Source: an uncultured Gammaproteobacteria bacterium (GTDB lineage: Bacteria > Patescibacteriota > Microgenomatia > UBA10105 > UBA927). Taken from it: a stretch of 64,000 bases of DNA. Positions 27,776 to 37,745 of this stretch are shown piece after piece. Both the position numbers and the translations under genes were made by a program. The stretch lies in NCBI GenBank assembly GCA_964553825.1, contig CAZKLT010000002.1:2068-66067 (forward strand). The letters are read 5' to 3'. The notes under the pieces are model-generated. The model was not told the DNA's origin and ran no database searches. It saw only the letters and a list, made by a program, of their open reading frames with translations. Each line of letters opens with the position of its first letter. The stretch's first letter is position 1.

Positions 27776-27842
27776 TTGTATCACCTCCTCTTCTATCTTC
27801 AGATTACCACGGCGCGATTTGACGAGTCAATATATAAAAACC

Positions 27843-29177
27843 CTAGAATATCGATAGTTGCTGTCGGTTTGCGTCGATGAGCGGTCGCTCCTCTCCGTCG
27901 CGCCAAAGCTTTACGACGCCGAAAACACCATCATACCCCGGATCAATGACGATATCCCCTGCCCGCACCTTCTCAATTCCCACTGCTACCCGTTCTCCCG
28001 CAATCTTGGCTATTTCTTCATGCGTCGATTCGAGAAGTACGCGAAACTCGCCGCCTAACGCATCCGTCAGTTGCTGATACGGTGTTTGCACTTTCGGACT
28101 CGTCACCGGTGAGCCTATACACTCGGCAATAATCTCCTGAAGCGGCACGAGGCTGACATATCCAGGCCGATCGGGGAAAAGATCGCTTTTGGTTACCCGA
28201 AGATTCACGGTCTTTGAAACCGGCATGGCGACATCATGCAACCGGAGGTCTTTCTGGGTAACGGATGCCAATTCAGAAACCCGCTGCTCTACTCCCTGCG
28301 TTAAAGGTTTTCCGCAAACCGGACAACTGTTGCCGTTTTTGGCCGTTTCCACGGGGCTCCAGCGGATATTACAGGCTCTGTGGCCACTCCAATGATATTT
28401 CCCCTCTTCAGGGAAAAATTCAACCGTGTAGACAATTCTTGATGATCCTTGCTGCTTTATGGCCTGCGAAATTGCACCATAACTCATATCAGCCAAATCA
28501 AAAACCGTAGCTTCACGCCCGAGTTTTGGGCCGCTATGAGCATCGGAGAATGAAACGATAGAGCGGGTTTGGAGTTCTTTAATGCGCCAGTTCATGGCAG
28601 GATTACTCGAAAGACCGGTTTCTACGGCATAGATGTGTTTCGCAAACGGGCCAAATGCTTCCGCAAGACTATCAAATCCGCTCATGGATCCGAACACGCT
28701 AAACCACGGTGTCCATGCGTGTGCCGGAATGATAAGGGCAGTGGGATCAATAGTAAGCACCAGGTCTGCCACCTGAATAGACGACAGTCCGATAATCGGT
28801 CTGCCGTCGCTCATGAGGTTGCACCCCTGGCGGGTCATCTCACGGCTTATTTTTGCAGCTGAATCTATGGACGATACCCAAATAAGCGTGTGAACCCGTC
28901 TCCCCTTTCCACCTTGGGAATAAATGCATGAAACTTCTGTGGCCAGAAGAAAAAGCGGATCATCAGGCATCCCGGACTTTAGCTTCAGAAGTCCGTTTCC
29001 TGTTTCTTCAAGCTCCTGTTGTATCTCCCGCATCCACAACGGATGCGTCCAGTCTCCCGTCGCTACAATCCCCATACCTTTGCGTCGCGTCCAAGCACAA
29101 ATCTGTGGCAGTACCATGTCTTTGGAAACAGCACGCGAAAATTTGGAATGAAGCTGCAGATCCGCGTAAACACGCAT
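27843..29177 (-). CDS. PHP-domain endonuclease Q family protein
   Basis: ADLQLHSKFS, PAHAWTP, SDAHS, GKYH and CPVCGK motifs. Confidence 0.88.
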   Translation of the reverse strand: MRVYADLQLHSKFSRAVSKDMVLPQICAWTRRKGMGIVATGDWTHPLWMREIQQELEETGNGLLKLKSGMPDDPLFLLATEVSCIYSQGGKGRRVHTLIWVSSIDSAAKISREMTRQGCNLMSDGRPIIGLSSIQVADLVLTIDPTALIIPAHAWTPWFSVFGSMSGFDSLAEAFGPFAKHIYAVETGLSSNPAMNWRIKELQTRSIVSFSDAHSGPKLGREATVFDLADMSYGAISQAIKQQGSSRIVYTVEFFPEEGKYHWSGHRACNIRWSPVETAKNGNSCPVCGKPLTQGVEQRVSELASVTQKDLRLHDVAMPVSKTVNLRVTKSDLFPDRPGYVSLVPLQEIIAECIGSPVTSPKVQTPYQQLTDALGGEFRVLLESTHEEIAKIAGERVAVGIEKVRAGDIVIDPGYDGVFGVVKLWRDGEERPLIDANRQQLSIF

Positions 29178-29179
29178 AG

Positions 29180-29431
29180 TTATCTTCGCTTTTTCCCCCA
29201 CCAGTAGACGAGAGCGTAAAAAACACCCAAAGAAAGATACGACAACCAGAAATTCACGGGGCCTTTTTCAATACCAGGAAAAAGAAAATCAAGATCCAGA
29301 ATATTCCAGACATTCATGATTTCATAATCCTGTCGACATATCGCATATCCCGCCAACAGCAGCAGATGAGCGGAAGCTCCGAAAACAAGCGTTCTTGCCG
29401 CTACGACGACTGCATACCGATACTTTTTCAT
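29180..29431 (-). CDS. Small hypothetical membrane protein
   Basis: 83-aa two-TM ORF filling the operon gap. Confidence 0.6.
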   Translation of the reverse strand: MKKYRYAVVVAARTLVFGASAHLLLLAGYAICRQDYEIMNVWNILDLDFLFPGIEKGPVNFWLSYLSLGVFYALVYWWGKKRR

Positions 29432-29435
29432 AACT

Positions 29436-30239
29436 CTATTCTATCAACTCACGCCACAATATCCGTATCTGTTTATTCATTTTTGCAATCACTGACCGTT
29501 TCCCTTTTTGGTGATACACATGGCCACCCATCACATATCCCGGCATAAAGCGGAGCGGATGCTTTGTGACAACGGCTGCCAGCCCGGTTGCAACATACTT
29601 TTGAAGTACTGAGAGCGACCCTTCCTTGCGCAGGCGCCGAAGGGACCAAATACACAGCGTCTCACGCAATACGACGACACTATATTTCGCCCTCGAAAGC
29701 CGCATGCCGAAATCCAAATCTTCGCTAAATTCGTGAGAAACGTCATACCCAAGAATATCTTCAAACGCCACGCGCGATACGATCGTCAACGGTCCCGGGG
29801 TCAACGGTCGCCTGAAAACAAGTGAAAGCTCCATGGCGATATTGGCAAGTAACGTTATGAGTGCATCACCCGGCACTTCACTATCTGGACGAAACCACAC
29901 CGCCATGGCCCCTGGTTTACGGGTAGCAATACATTCCTTACACCGCTCAATAAAGTACGGGAGAAATACGCTGTCTGCGTCCACAAATACAAACCACTCT
30001 CCCCGTGCATGTTTGGCCCCCAGATTTCTCTGGTATGGCAAACTCGCCTTGGGCGAGCGCACGACGCTCAAGCGGGGCAATTTTGCTTTATACGTCTCCG
30101 CTTTCAGAATCGTTTTGTCTTTTGACCCGCCGTCTACCACGATTACCTCAAACCCTTGATCCGTTTGCACCCGCAGGGAATCAAGGAGAATAGGGAGAAA
30201 TCGTTCTTCATTGAGCGTAGGAATGATGATGCTAATCAT
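29436..30239 (-). CDS. Glycosyltransferase family 2
   Basis: IIIPTLNEE, VDGGS, FVDADS and EDLDF motifs. Confidence 0.92.
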   Translation of the reverse strand: MISIIIPTLNEERFLPILLDSLRVQTDQGFEVIVVDGGSKDKTILKAETYKAKLPRLSVVRSPKASLPYQRNLGAKHARGEWFVFVDADSVFLPYFIERCKECIATRKPGAMAVWFRPDSEVPGDALITLLANIAMELSLVFRRPLTPGPLTIVSRVAFEDILGYDVSHEFSEDLDFGMRLSRAKYSVVVLRETLCIWSLRRLRKEGSLSVLQKYVATGLAAVVTKHPLRFMPGYVMGGHVYHQKGKRSVIAKMNKQIRILWRELIE

Positions 30240-31069
30240 ACGGGTATAAATTCACGAATTATTTTTCTAATACTGCGCTCCAATGTTGAAATATGCCGTT
30301 TTTTCCTTCCGGGATGTATTTCATTTTCTTTGTAATGCAGTCCGCCGGAAACAAACCCGGGCATCACCTTGGGTCCCCGTTTGGTTTTCACCACCTGCAG
30401 CGCCGATTTCAAATTCCGCTCAAGCACCCGGAGCGTCCCCTCCCTGCGATACCGCCGCATTGAATAGACATACAATATTTCCCGTAATACCTGAAAGGGC
30501 ACCCCTCGTTCATGGATAACCATTGAGAGGTCATGGTCTTCTGCAAATGATGCAGCTTCATCGTATCCGCCGACCGACTCAAATACGTCACGCCTCACGA
30601 TGGTTAACGGGCCTGGTGCCCATGGCCGATCGATAAGAATAGCTGCCTCAACGCCGATGTTCCCCAAAAATCCAGCGATCGCCTCCGTCGGATCCTCGCC
30701 GTCTGCCTTAAACCATGTGGTGAAAAACTTTGGCTTCGCCCGATCAATATATGCCCCAATGCGCTCAAAAAAATTCGGCAGAAGCTCGCTGTCTGCGTCC
30801 ACAAACACAAGCCACTCCCCTTTTCCGACGCGGGCACCGTAATTTCGCTGAAGGGAAACTCCCGCTTTTGCGCTTGAAACGACCGTCAGTCCTGCAATCT
30901 TACGACGAAATGTTTTTGCGAGCATAACGGTACGATCTACAGACGCCCCGTCAACCACGGTCACGTCAAAATTCTTTACGGTTTGGGAGGCAAGAGATGC
31001 CAGAAGCCTGGGGAGGAATTTCTCCTCATTTAAAGTTGGAATAACCACTGAGAACCGTGGTGCTTTCAT
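30236..31069 (-). CDS. Glycosyltransferase family 2 (tandem paralog)
   Basis: VVIPTLNEE, FVDADS and EDHDL motifs; similar to its neighbour. Confidence 0.92.
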   Translation of the reverse strand: MKAPRFSVVIPTLNEEKFLPRLLASLASQTVKNFDVTVVDGASVDRTVMLAKTFRRKIAGLTVVSSAKAGVSLQRNYGARVGKGEWLVFVDADSELLPNFFERIGAYIDRAKPKFFTTWFKADGEDPTEAIAGFLGNIGVEAAILIDRPWAPGPLTIVRRDVFESVGGYDEAASFAEDHDLSMVIHERGVPFQVLREILYVYSMRRYRREGTLRVLERNLKSALQVVKTKRGPKVMPGFVSGGLHYKENEIHPGRKKRHISTLERSIRKIIREFIPV

Positions 31070-31135
31070 GAAGCTATTATATCAAGAAAGCCGAATCCAT
31101 GGGCCAGCTGCCCGGAAGACACGAAAACCGATACG

Positions 31136-32881
31136 CTATGCCTTACGAACGGACTGATTTGCGTACATCTGCAATACTTCCTTGACGGTCGTCGCTTGCG
31201 CGGGAGATTTATCTGTTCGGATGCGTACCAGGCGCGGAAAGCGCACCGCCACTCCCGCCCCGTGAGATGGAGATCTTGTCAGATCATCACCTGCAATTTC
31301 AACGACAATGTTTGGAGTCACCCACACGTCCGGCACAAAAAGCTTGTTCACCGCGTCATACTGCTTAGGCATCTCATCGGATTGTATGGCATGCAATTTT
31401 GCATGAAGATCTTTCCAAAGCTCATCTGAGACACCGGTTCCGATCTTGCTGAGCGTAACAAATCCATCACTATTGCGCACGCCGACCAGGAACATACCAA
31501 TACCAAATCCAGAACGCTTCCCCTGGCCCGACCAATACCCCATGATTACTGCGTCGATGGTGTCGGTGAGCTTTCCCGTGCGCCCTTCTTCTTCCTTAAA
31601 TTTTACCCATGTATATCCACGCCGACCCGGCTCATATCGTCCATCCCATTTTTTTACGACCACGCCCTCCAGACCTGCTTTCAGTTGATCGTCATGATAC
31701 ATCCGAAGCGTTTCAACGTCATCAGTAACGATATGCGGAGACACAACAAGTAAGTCACGAGGCTTCACCGTTTTTTCCAATACCTGCCGACGGCTTGAAA
31801 GCGGTTCCTCAAGCAAATCCGTCCCGTCCTTTGAGAGGATGTCAAATAAAACAAACTGAAGCGGAACACTGGCGCGAGCCTCATCGATGTTATGTTTTCG
31901 CTTCCGCGTCATTGTGTCCTGAAAGGACATGAATCGTCCGGTTTTCGGATCAACACCAATAGCCTCGCCATCCAAAATAACCTCATCTGCGGTCAATTCA
32001 TGGGCAATATCAGCAAGTTCTGGGAACATAGCGGTTGTATTCTCAAGATTTCGTGAAAACGTTTTAACCGGCCCTTCATACCCACGGAACCCTTTTTTCC
32101 GGTAATGAATTTGCACGCGGGATCCGTCATATTTCGGCTCCACACTGACTCTCCCCATTTTCTTGATCATGTCGTCTGCCGACGGAAGTCGTTGGGCCAA
32201 TGCCGCCAGGATCGGTGCGCCGATGGCGACGCGGACATGCGAAAGTCCGACAATCCCCTTTTCTTTTACCGTTTTTCCGATGTATCCCAAATCCGGTCGC
32301 ACATTGTAGGCTGCCTCAAGCTTCACGCGCAGCGACTTATCTCCCGTAACCATCCAGGACAAGCCATCCAGTATCGTCATATCGGAAAACCCAAGCCGTA
32401 GCTTGTCCAGGGGAATTCGTACAAGATATCTGGCGGAGAGAGGATCGCTTTTTATCAAAAGCTCAGCCAGAAGATGTATTTTTTTCTCCTGCGAGCCCAC
32501 GCCACCGGTCGTTGCCAGTTCATACAGCGTCTCAAAGACGGAGGCAACCGTTATAGTATGTCTCGGATGATTTCCTTTTCTCTGTTCCATCAGAAATTCT
32601 GCGGCTTTCCCCACGTCCCCCTGTCGCTTAAACTCTTTTGTGACACGCGGTTCATCCGTGTCGCAAGCCTGCGCTATGGCCCGGATGATAAACTTATCTG
32701 CAACACCGAATTCAATCGCTTCATAAAGCGGGACCACTCTCCCCTGCAGAAGATAGATGATTTTATCAATTTCCCCGGAAGACGCTTTGGCCAATAACTC
32801 AGCCAGAATCTCCGTTATGGCATTGCGGGATGCTGTGGCTTCAATTCGCTTGAAGTAATCCGCAAGTTGACGAAACTCCAT
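31136..32881 (-). CDS. lig: ATP-dependent DNA ligase (archaeal/eukaryotic type)
   Basis: EPKYDG, ILDGEA, EGVVVK, WVKFK and VRFPR motifs. Start set at MEFRQ. Confidence 0.95.
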   Translation of the reverse strand: MEFRQLADYFKRIEATASRNAITEILAELLAKASSGEIDKIIYLLQGRVVPLYEAIEFGVADKFIIRAIAQACDTDEPRVTKEFKRQGDVGKAAEFLMEQRKGNHPRHTITVASVFETLYELATTGGVGSQEKKIHLLAELLIKSDPLSARYLVRIPLDKLRLGFSDMTILDGLSWMVTGDKSLRVKLEAAYNVRPDLGYIGKTVKEKGIVGLSHVRVAIGAPILAALAQRLPSADDMIKKMGRVSVEPKYDGSRVQIHYRKKGFRGYEGPVKTFSRNLENTTAMFPELADIAHELTADEVILDGEAIGVDPKTGRFMSFQDTMTRKRKHNIDEARASVPLQFVLFDILSKDGTDLLEEPLSSRRQVLEKTVKPRDLLVVSPHIVTDDVETLRMYHDDQLKAGLEGVVVKKWDGRYEPGRRGYTWVKFKEEEGRTGKLTDTIDAVIMGYWSGQGKRSGFGIGMFLVGVRNSDGFVTLSKIGTGVSDELWKDLHAKLHAIQSDEMPKQYDAVNKLFVPDVWVTPNIVVEIAGDDLTRSPSHGAGVAVRFPRLVRIRTDKSPAQATTVKEVLQMYANQSVRKA

Positions 32882-32882
32882 A

Positions 32883-33065
32883 TCAACGAATGAAAAAGTA
32901 GTAGCAGGAAACGATAAGAAGTATGAAAAAGACGCCAAATCCAATAGCTACGTACCCCTCTTTATCGTGCTTGGTAAGCTTCTCAATCCCCTGCAGCAGC
33001 ACAACCAGCGCAAACAGCGACGGGATGATAAGAAATGCGTAGATGATACCGGAGTCAGCATCCAT
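32883..33065 (-). CDS. Small two-TM hypothetical protein
   Basis: 60 aa; exactly fills the fic-lig gap. Confidence 0.6.
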   Translation of the reverse strand: MDADSGIIYAFLIIPSLFALVVLLQGIEKLTKHDKEGYVAIGFGVFFILLIVSCYYFFIR

Positions 33066-34108
33066 TACGTTCGAAGGACATACCGAACACCTTTGGTCGT
33101 TCCTTCTTTTTTCACTATACCTTTTTTGATAAGGTCCTTCAATTCTCGAAGCACGGTATCCTCTGAGATCATGGGGAAAAGTTCAAAAAACGATTTATTT
33201 TGCAAAAATCCGTTTTCCTGTACAAATTCAACGATCTTGATTTGTCGCTCCGTAAGCGCCAGAGGCTGGCCTCCCAATGATTTCTTGAGTTTCAGATCCG
33301 TGGAAAGCGATTTAATCTTATCTTTAATGCGCGTTAACTCGATGGCAAGGCCCTGCGTAAAATACTCAAGCCATCCGGTAAGACTTCCCTCCAGTCTCCC
33401 CACGCTCTGAAGCGCTTCATAATACTGCAACGGCTCACGGTCATAGTGTTCTTCCAGAGAGAAGAATCGCTTGATATCGTATCCGGCTTTAAACAACACG
33501 AGCGTGGATATCGCGCGGGCGACTCTCCCGTTTCCGTCAAGGAAAGGATGAATCCGAACGATCTCATAATGCGCGATGCCCGCTTTGAGAACCGTATGGA
33601 CATCATCCGGACTCGTATCATTGAGCCACTGAAGAAATGAAGCAAGGAGAAATGGTACTTCAATCGGAGGTGGCGGCCTGAATGTTACCTCCCCCGTCTG
33701 ACTGTTTTTGACGACAACCTGCGTCTTACGATAATTCCCTACAGCATCCTCCGGGAGAATCCGGTGCACGGTCAGCTCGTGCATGTGCTTGAGTGTCTCT
33801 TCACTCACTTCCGGTTTCTGATACGACTCTATAAATTTGAGAACATTTCTATAATTGAGCACCTCCTGAATGTCCCGCTCCCGTCCGACGATTTTTGCTC
33901 CCGCCAGCAGTCGCTCCGCTTCCGTAAACGTCAATTCGTTGCCCTCAATATGCGTCCCGTGATGCACGGTACGAACCATGGCATCTTCACGGAATTTTGC
34001 TTCCCATGCAGGCACGAGGGGCGCGTTCTCAATGACTTCTTTGGCAGCCTCAATAATACCCATGGATTTGAGCATTTTATTGGTGATGAGGAAGTTGGGC
34101 GTAAACAT
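33065..34108 (-). CDS. Fic family protein with C-terminal wHTH
   Basis: HPFLDGNGR catalytic motif and an N-terminal inhibitory-type THIEGN. Confidence 0.93.
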   Translation of the reverse strand: MFTPNFLITNKMLKSMGIIEAAKEVIENAPLVPAWEAKFREDAMVRTVHHGTHIEGNELTFTEAERLLAGAKIVGRERDIQEVLNYRNVLKFIESYQKPEVSEETLKHMHELTVHRILPEDAVGNYRKTQVVVKNSQTGEVTFRPPPPIEVPFLLASFLQWLNDTSPDDVHTVLKAGIAHYEIVRIHPFLDGNGRVARAISTLVLFKAGYDIKRFFSLEEHYDREPLQYYEALQSVGRLEGSLTGWLEYFTQGLAIELTRIKDKIKSLSTDLKLKKSLGGQPLALTERQIKIVEFVQENGFLQNKSFFELFPMISEDTVLRELKDLIKKGIVKKEGTTKGVRYVLRT

Positions 34109-34162
34109 GGCGAGACAACGGCGCGATTGAATTTTCCCGCGTAATACCCGTATAATACCCGT

Positions 34163-34438
34163 ATGGCTCGCGAAAAACAATCCTCAGATAAACCAAAAAA
34201 ACGACTTACCGTGCTTATGCTCAGACAAATGATCACGCTGGCAACCAGCGGTTTTGGCGTCGTTGCCGCCTTAGCATGGAATAGTGCCATCCAGGAATTT
34301 GTTACCAATTACATTAAGCCGTACCTGTCAGGCGCCAGCGGCCTTATATCACTGCTTATCTATGCCGTCTTCGTCACCGCGCTTGCGGTAGTGGTTACCT
34401 TTCAGCTGGGACGACTCATTGAAAAACTGGAACAATAA
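34163..34438 (+). CDS. DUF5654-like small membrane protein
   Basis: TSGFGVVAALAWNSAIQ motif. Confidence 0.8.
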   Translation: MAREKQSSDKPKKRLTVLMLRQMITLATSGFGVVAALAWNSAIQEFVTNYIKPYLSGASGLISLLIYAVFVTALAVVVTFQLGRLIEKLEQ

Positions 34439-35269
34439 CTACGCAAAAAGAAGTGCGTTCATTGTCTTGGGGATCTGTGCGGCCAGATCAGACGCATTGA
34501 AAAATGGCCCGACTGACCCATACAACTCATCTCCCGCCTTCTTGTTAATGTAACTTCCGGCCTCCATGGCGGTAAATGGATCATTCCTGCAGGCAAGTGC
34601 CGCGATAAGACCCGCCAGCACATCGCCCGTTCCCCCTTTGGTCATGCCCTCATTCCCACCCTTAATACGCTTTATTTGTCCGGCAGGTGAACACGCAATA
34701 TCAATACGTCCCTTAAGGAGCACAAAACACGAATACGTCCGGGAAAAAGCGCTCACTTTTTCCACGTCTTCACTATCCCCTTTTAATGACGGGGTATCCG
34801 ACCGCTGGCACAATGAGACAAACTCGCCGTGATGCGGCGTCAGTATTGACCCCTTGGGGATTCTCGAAAGATCAATCATCTGCAGCGCCCCCGCGTCGAT
34901 AACCCATTGTTTATCCGGATGTGCAGTCACCAGCGTATTGGTGAGATCAGCGGTTTGGGCATCCCTCGTCATTCCCGGACCGATCAGGATGCAGTCATCT
35001 TCCGCGATATACGCGTGTATGTCGCTTCGGGGGATTACAATCCCGTCGCGAAATTGTTTCTTGATTTCCTGTGCTATTGCATTGTTTTCAGGGGTAGATG
35101 CATAATGAACAAGATCAACGATACGCGATGCGACTTCAAGCGCCCACAGGCTCGCCGCATGGAAAAGCGCCGATCCCCCGATTATCAGCAGGCGTCCGTT
35201 CTGTCCCTTATGTGATCCCGGACCGGGCAAAACCAGACGCTGAATATGCTCATGCTTGATCATACGCAT
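34439..35269 (-). CDS. nnrD: ADP-dependent NAD(P)H-hydrate dehydratase
   Basis: HKGQNGRLLIIGGS, IGPG, LTPHHGE and GGTGDVLAG motifs. Confidence 0.92.
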   Translation of the reverse strand: MRMIKHEHIQRLVLPGPGSHKGQNGRLLIIGGSALFHAASLWALEVASRIVDLVHYASTPENNAIAQEIKKQFRDGIVIPRSDIHAYIAEDDCILIGPGMTRDAQTADLTNTLVTAHPDKQWVIDAGALQMIDLSRIPKGSILTPHHGEFVSLCQRSDTPSLKGDSEDVEKVSAFSRTYSCFVLLKGRIDIACSPAGQIKRIKGGNEGMTKGGTGDVLAGLIAALACRNDPFTAMEAGSYINKKAGDELYGSVGPFFNASDLAAQIPKTMNALLFA

Positions 35270-35272
35270 ATT

Positions 35273-36316
35273 TTACGGCAATTCGATGATGCTCGCATCC
35301 TTTTGAAGTCCCTGCGATAGCTTTATGGGGTCAGCAGAGGTAATTATGGTCTGCTGCTTACCCACAACGTCCATTACGAGCGTCTTGTGTTCGAAATCCA
35401 ATTCAGAAAAAATATCATCAAGCAGAAGCATCGGCCGCTCACCTGTTTCCTTTTCTACGAAAGCAACTTCCGCAAGCTTCAGCCAGAGTATGGCTAACCG
35501 CTGCTCTCCCCGACTCCCGTACTTACTTAAGTCTCGGGGGACATCGCCATCCAGCGTAAACTGAAAATCATCCCGGTGCGGTCCGACGAGCGTTGCTCTC
35601 GCTGCTACCTCTTCATTGCGGTATTGTTCCAGGCGGGCTTCGGATATGACGCTTTTGTCATACACAAGCGCATATCTCGCATTGGGAACCTGATACGCAT
35701 TCACAAACGCGATATATGCTGCGCGTTTTTCCGTCAGATATGCGCCCGCTTTTATAAGAAGTTGATCCCAGAACAACAACTGAGACCGGGACGCCATCCC
35801 TTCCGCGATAAGATCCAGAAGCTTATTGCGTTGCCGCAAGCCCCGTTCATAAGACAGAAGGCTACGCCGATATTCACGATCCGTCTGTACTAGCACGCTA
35901 TCCAGATATCTCCGGCGTAGACTCGGACTGTCGGTCACCAAGTCAAGATGTTGCGGCCAAAACAACACCGCTCTCAGGTTGCCGACAAAGTCGATCATTC
36001 GTCTTGGGATACCGTTGACCAGATATTTTTTTAGCGGCGCCTTTTTTCCTGAAACCTCCCCCCGTGTGGCGACCAATTCAAGCGTCACATCCCCTACTGC
36101 TCCCTTCACTCGGGTAATTTCCTGCCCAAAACGGATAGCTTCCCGGTCCATATCTGCACGGAAACTCTTTCCGGTAGCCAGGAAGTACACCGCTTCCAGA
36201 ATATTTGTTTTCCCGGACGCATTGGGGGCAAGGATAAGCGTTATGCTTGAGGAAAAACTAAACGAACGTTTGGGATAACTGCGAAATTGCGCAAGAGTAA
36301 GCTCTGAAAGTATCAC
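35273..36316 (-). CDS. recF: DNA replication/repair protein RecF
   Basis: APNASGKTNILEA, GPHRDD, SRGEQR and LLLDDIFSELD motifs. Confidence 0.95.
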   Translation of the reverse strand: MILSELTLAQFRSYPKRSFSFSSSITLILAPNASGKTNILEAVYFLATGKSFRADMDREAIRFGQEITRVKGAVGDVTLELVATRGEVSGKKAPLKKYLVNGIPRRMIDFVGNLRAVLFWPQHLDLVTDSPSLRRRYLDSVLVQTDREYRRSLLSYERGLRQRNKLLDLIAEGMASRSQLLFWDQLLIKAGAYLTEKRAAYIAFVNAYQVPNARYALVYDKSVISEARLEQYRNEEVAARATLVGPHRDDFQFTLDGDVPRDLSKYGSRGEQRLAILWLKLAEVAFVEKETGERPMLLLDDIFSELDFEHKTLVMDVVGKQQTIITSADPIKLSQGLQKDASIIELP

Positions 36317-36331
36317 GGGGCTATTGTAGCA

Positions 36332-37036
36332 TTAATTATGGATCGTCGTGCCGGTAAATTCTTTATTATCGAGGGCTTTTTCCAGGTTTTCAAGGTGCTT
36401 TCCGTTCAGAATTTTCACGGTCACATTGAGGTCTTGTGCGAGCCTGCTTGCAATGGGGTCAAAGGGGGCATTCATTCCGGGAGTCCACTTGTCTCCGATC
36501 ATGCGTCGATACTTCTCCCAGGTAATATCAACGAGAGGCTTGGCTTTGGGATTTTTTCGGGGATCTTCGCTGTAGACGTGGTCGATATTGGTGAGGTTGA
36601 TGGCGTGGGGAATATCATAATCCTGACAGAGGGTAACGGCGCAGTAATCCGTGCTCCAGCCCGGCTTCCATCCAGCAGCAATGGCAACCGGCTTATCAAT
36701 CTTAAGAATCACTTCGTAATGCTTGATCACCCGGGCGTCTGCAATATCACGAAAAATCGTTCTGACCAGTTGTGCGTTGAGACGCGTCGCGTGGAGACCG
36801 AGCCAATCAAGATCAGTATCATCAATTTCCTGATGACGGACCTGAAACGCAGCGTCCTGATAGTGGCGCGTGGTTCCTCCGCCGCCGACAGTGATAAAAA
36901 ATCTCCTCTTTTTTGAGGAGATTTGATGCCGGATAAATTGATTGAACTGATTAAGAAAATGAATATCAATCCCACCGTTGGGAACAACAAGGGAGCCGCC
37001 GAGAGAAAGAACAAATGTTTCGCCTTTATGGGTCAT
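36332..37036 (-). CDS. pyrH: UMP kinase (archaeal type)
   Basis: LSLGGS, VGGGG, PGWSTD and FDPIA motifs. Confidence 0.92.
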   Translation of the reverse strand: MTHKGETFVLSLGGSLVVPNGGIDIHFLNQFNQFIRHQISSKKRRFFITVGGGGTTRHYQDAAFQVRHQEIDDTDLDWLGLHATRLNAQLVRTIFRDIADARVIKHYEVILKIDKPVAIAAGWKPGWSTDYCAVTLCQDYDIPHAINLTNIDHVYSEDPRKNPKAKPLVDITWEKYRRMIGDKWTPGMNAPFDPIASRLAQDLNVTVKILNGKHLENLEKALDNKEFTGTTIHN

Positions 37037-37159
37037 AAACCAGTCTAATGTACAAAAAAGCGCCAGATGACGCGGTGCACATATAGTAGAGAAAAGTCAG
37101 CTTTTTGTCAATTTTTGCTCATACTGGCAAAGAATCTGCGTTGGCCGTATACTTACTCC

Positions 37160-37723
37160 ATGCAACAAACCACCACAGTTCTCGTCTGCGGAGGATCCTG
37201 CTCGGGGAAGTCTGTTTTTGCCCAACGATTCGTGAACGCATTTGTGCTTGAAATGGATCATTTCTACGTGGCGAAAAAGGATATGAAACCTCAACCTGAT
37301 GGCAGTTTTGATTTTGATGCTCCGGAATCAGTGGCAATCAGCGAGTGTGCCAAGGCAGTCGAGGAACTCAAAACCGGTAAACCGGTTACCATCCCTGTCT
37401 ATGACATGAAAACAAGCGACCGCGTGGGCACTCAAACTATCCAGCTTGCACCGGAACATAAATTTATCGTCGTCCCGGGCATATTTTCTCTCTATTCCCC
37501 GCTGCGCGAACTGGGAGACCTAAAAATATTCATCGACACACCCCGGGAAATTCGCGTCGCCAGAAGAATGATTCGGGACGTGGCCAAAGGAAGAAATGAT
37601 ATCGATACGCTCACGTGGTCCATTACGGTCGAGAAGAATCATATGAAGTATATTGAACCGACACGGCAATACGCGGATCTGACCATCCCCTTCTCGTACA
37701 ATCCGGTTGAATTCTCCGAGTAA
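37160..37723 (+). CDS. udk: Uridine kinase family protein
   Basis: GGSCSGKS, MDHFY, FDAPES, RRMIRD and YIEPT motifs. Confidence 0.88.
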   Translation: MQQTTTVLVCGGSCSGKSVFAQRFVNAFVLEMDHFYVAKKDMKPQPDGSFDFDAPESVAISECAKAVEELKTGKPVTIPVYDMKTSDRVGTQTIQLAPEHKFIVVPGIFSLYSPLRELGDLKIFIDTPREIRVARRMIRDVAKGRNDIDTLTWSITVEKNHMKYIEPTRQYADLTIPFSYNPVEFSE

Positions 37724-37745
37724 AAACCCGGACATATCCGCTTTC

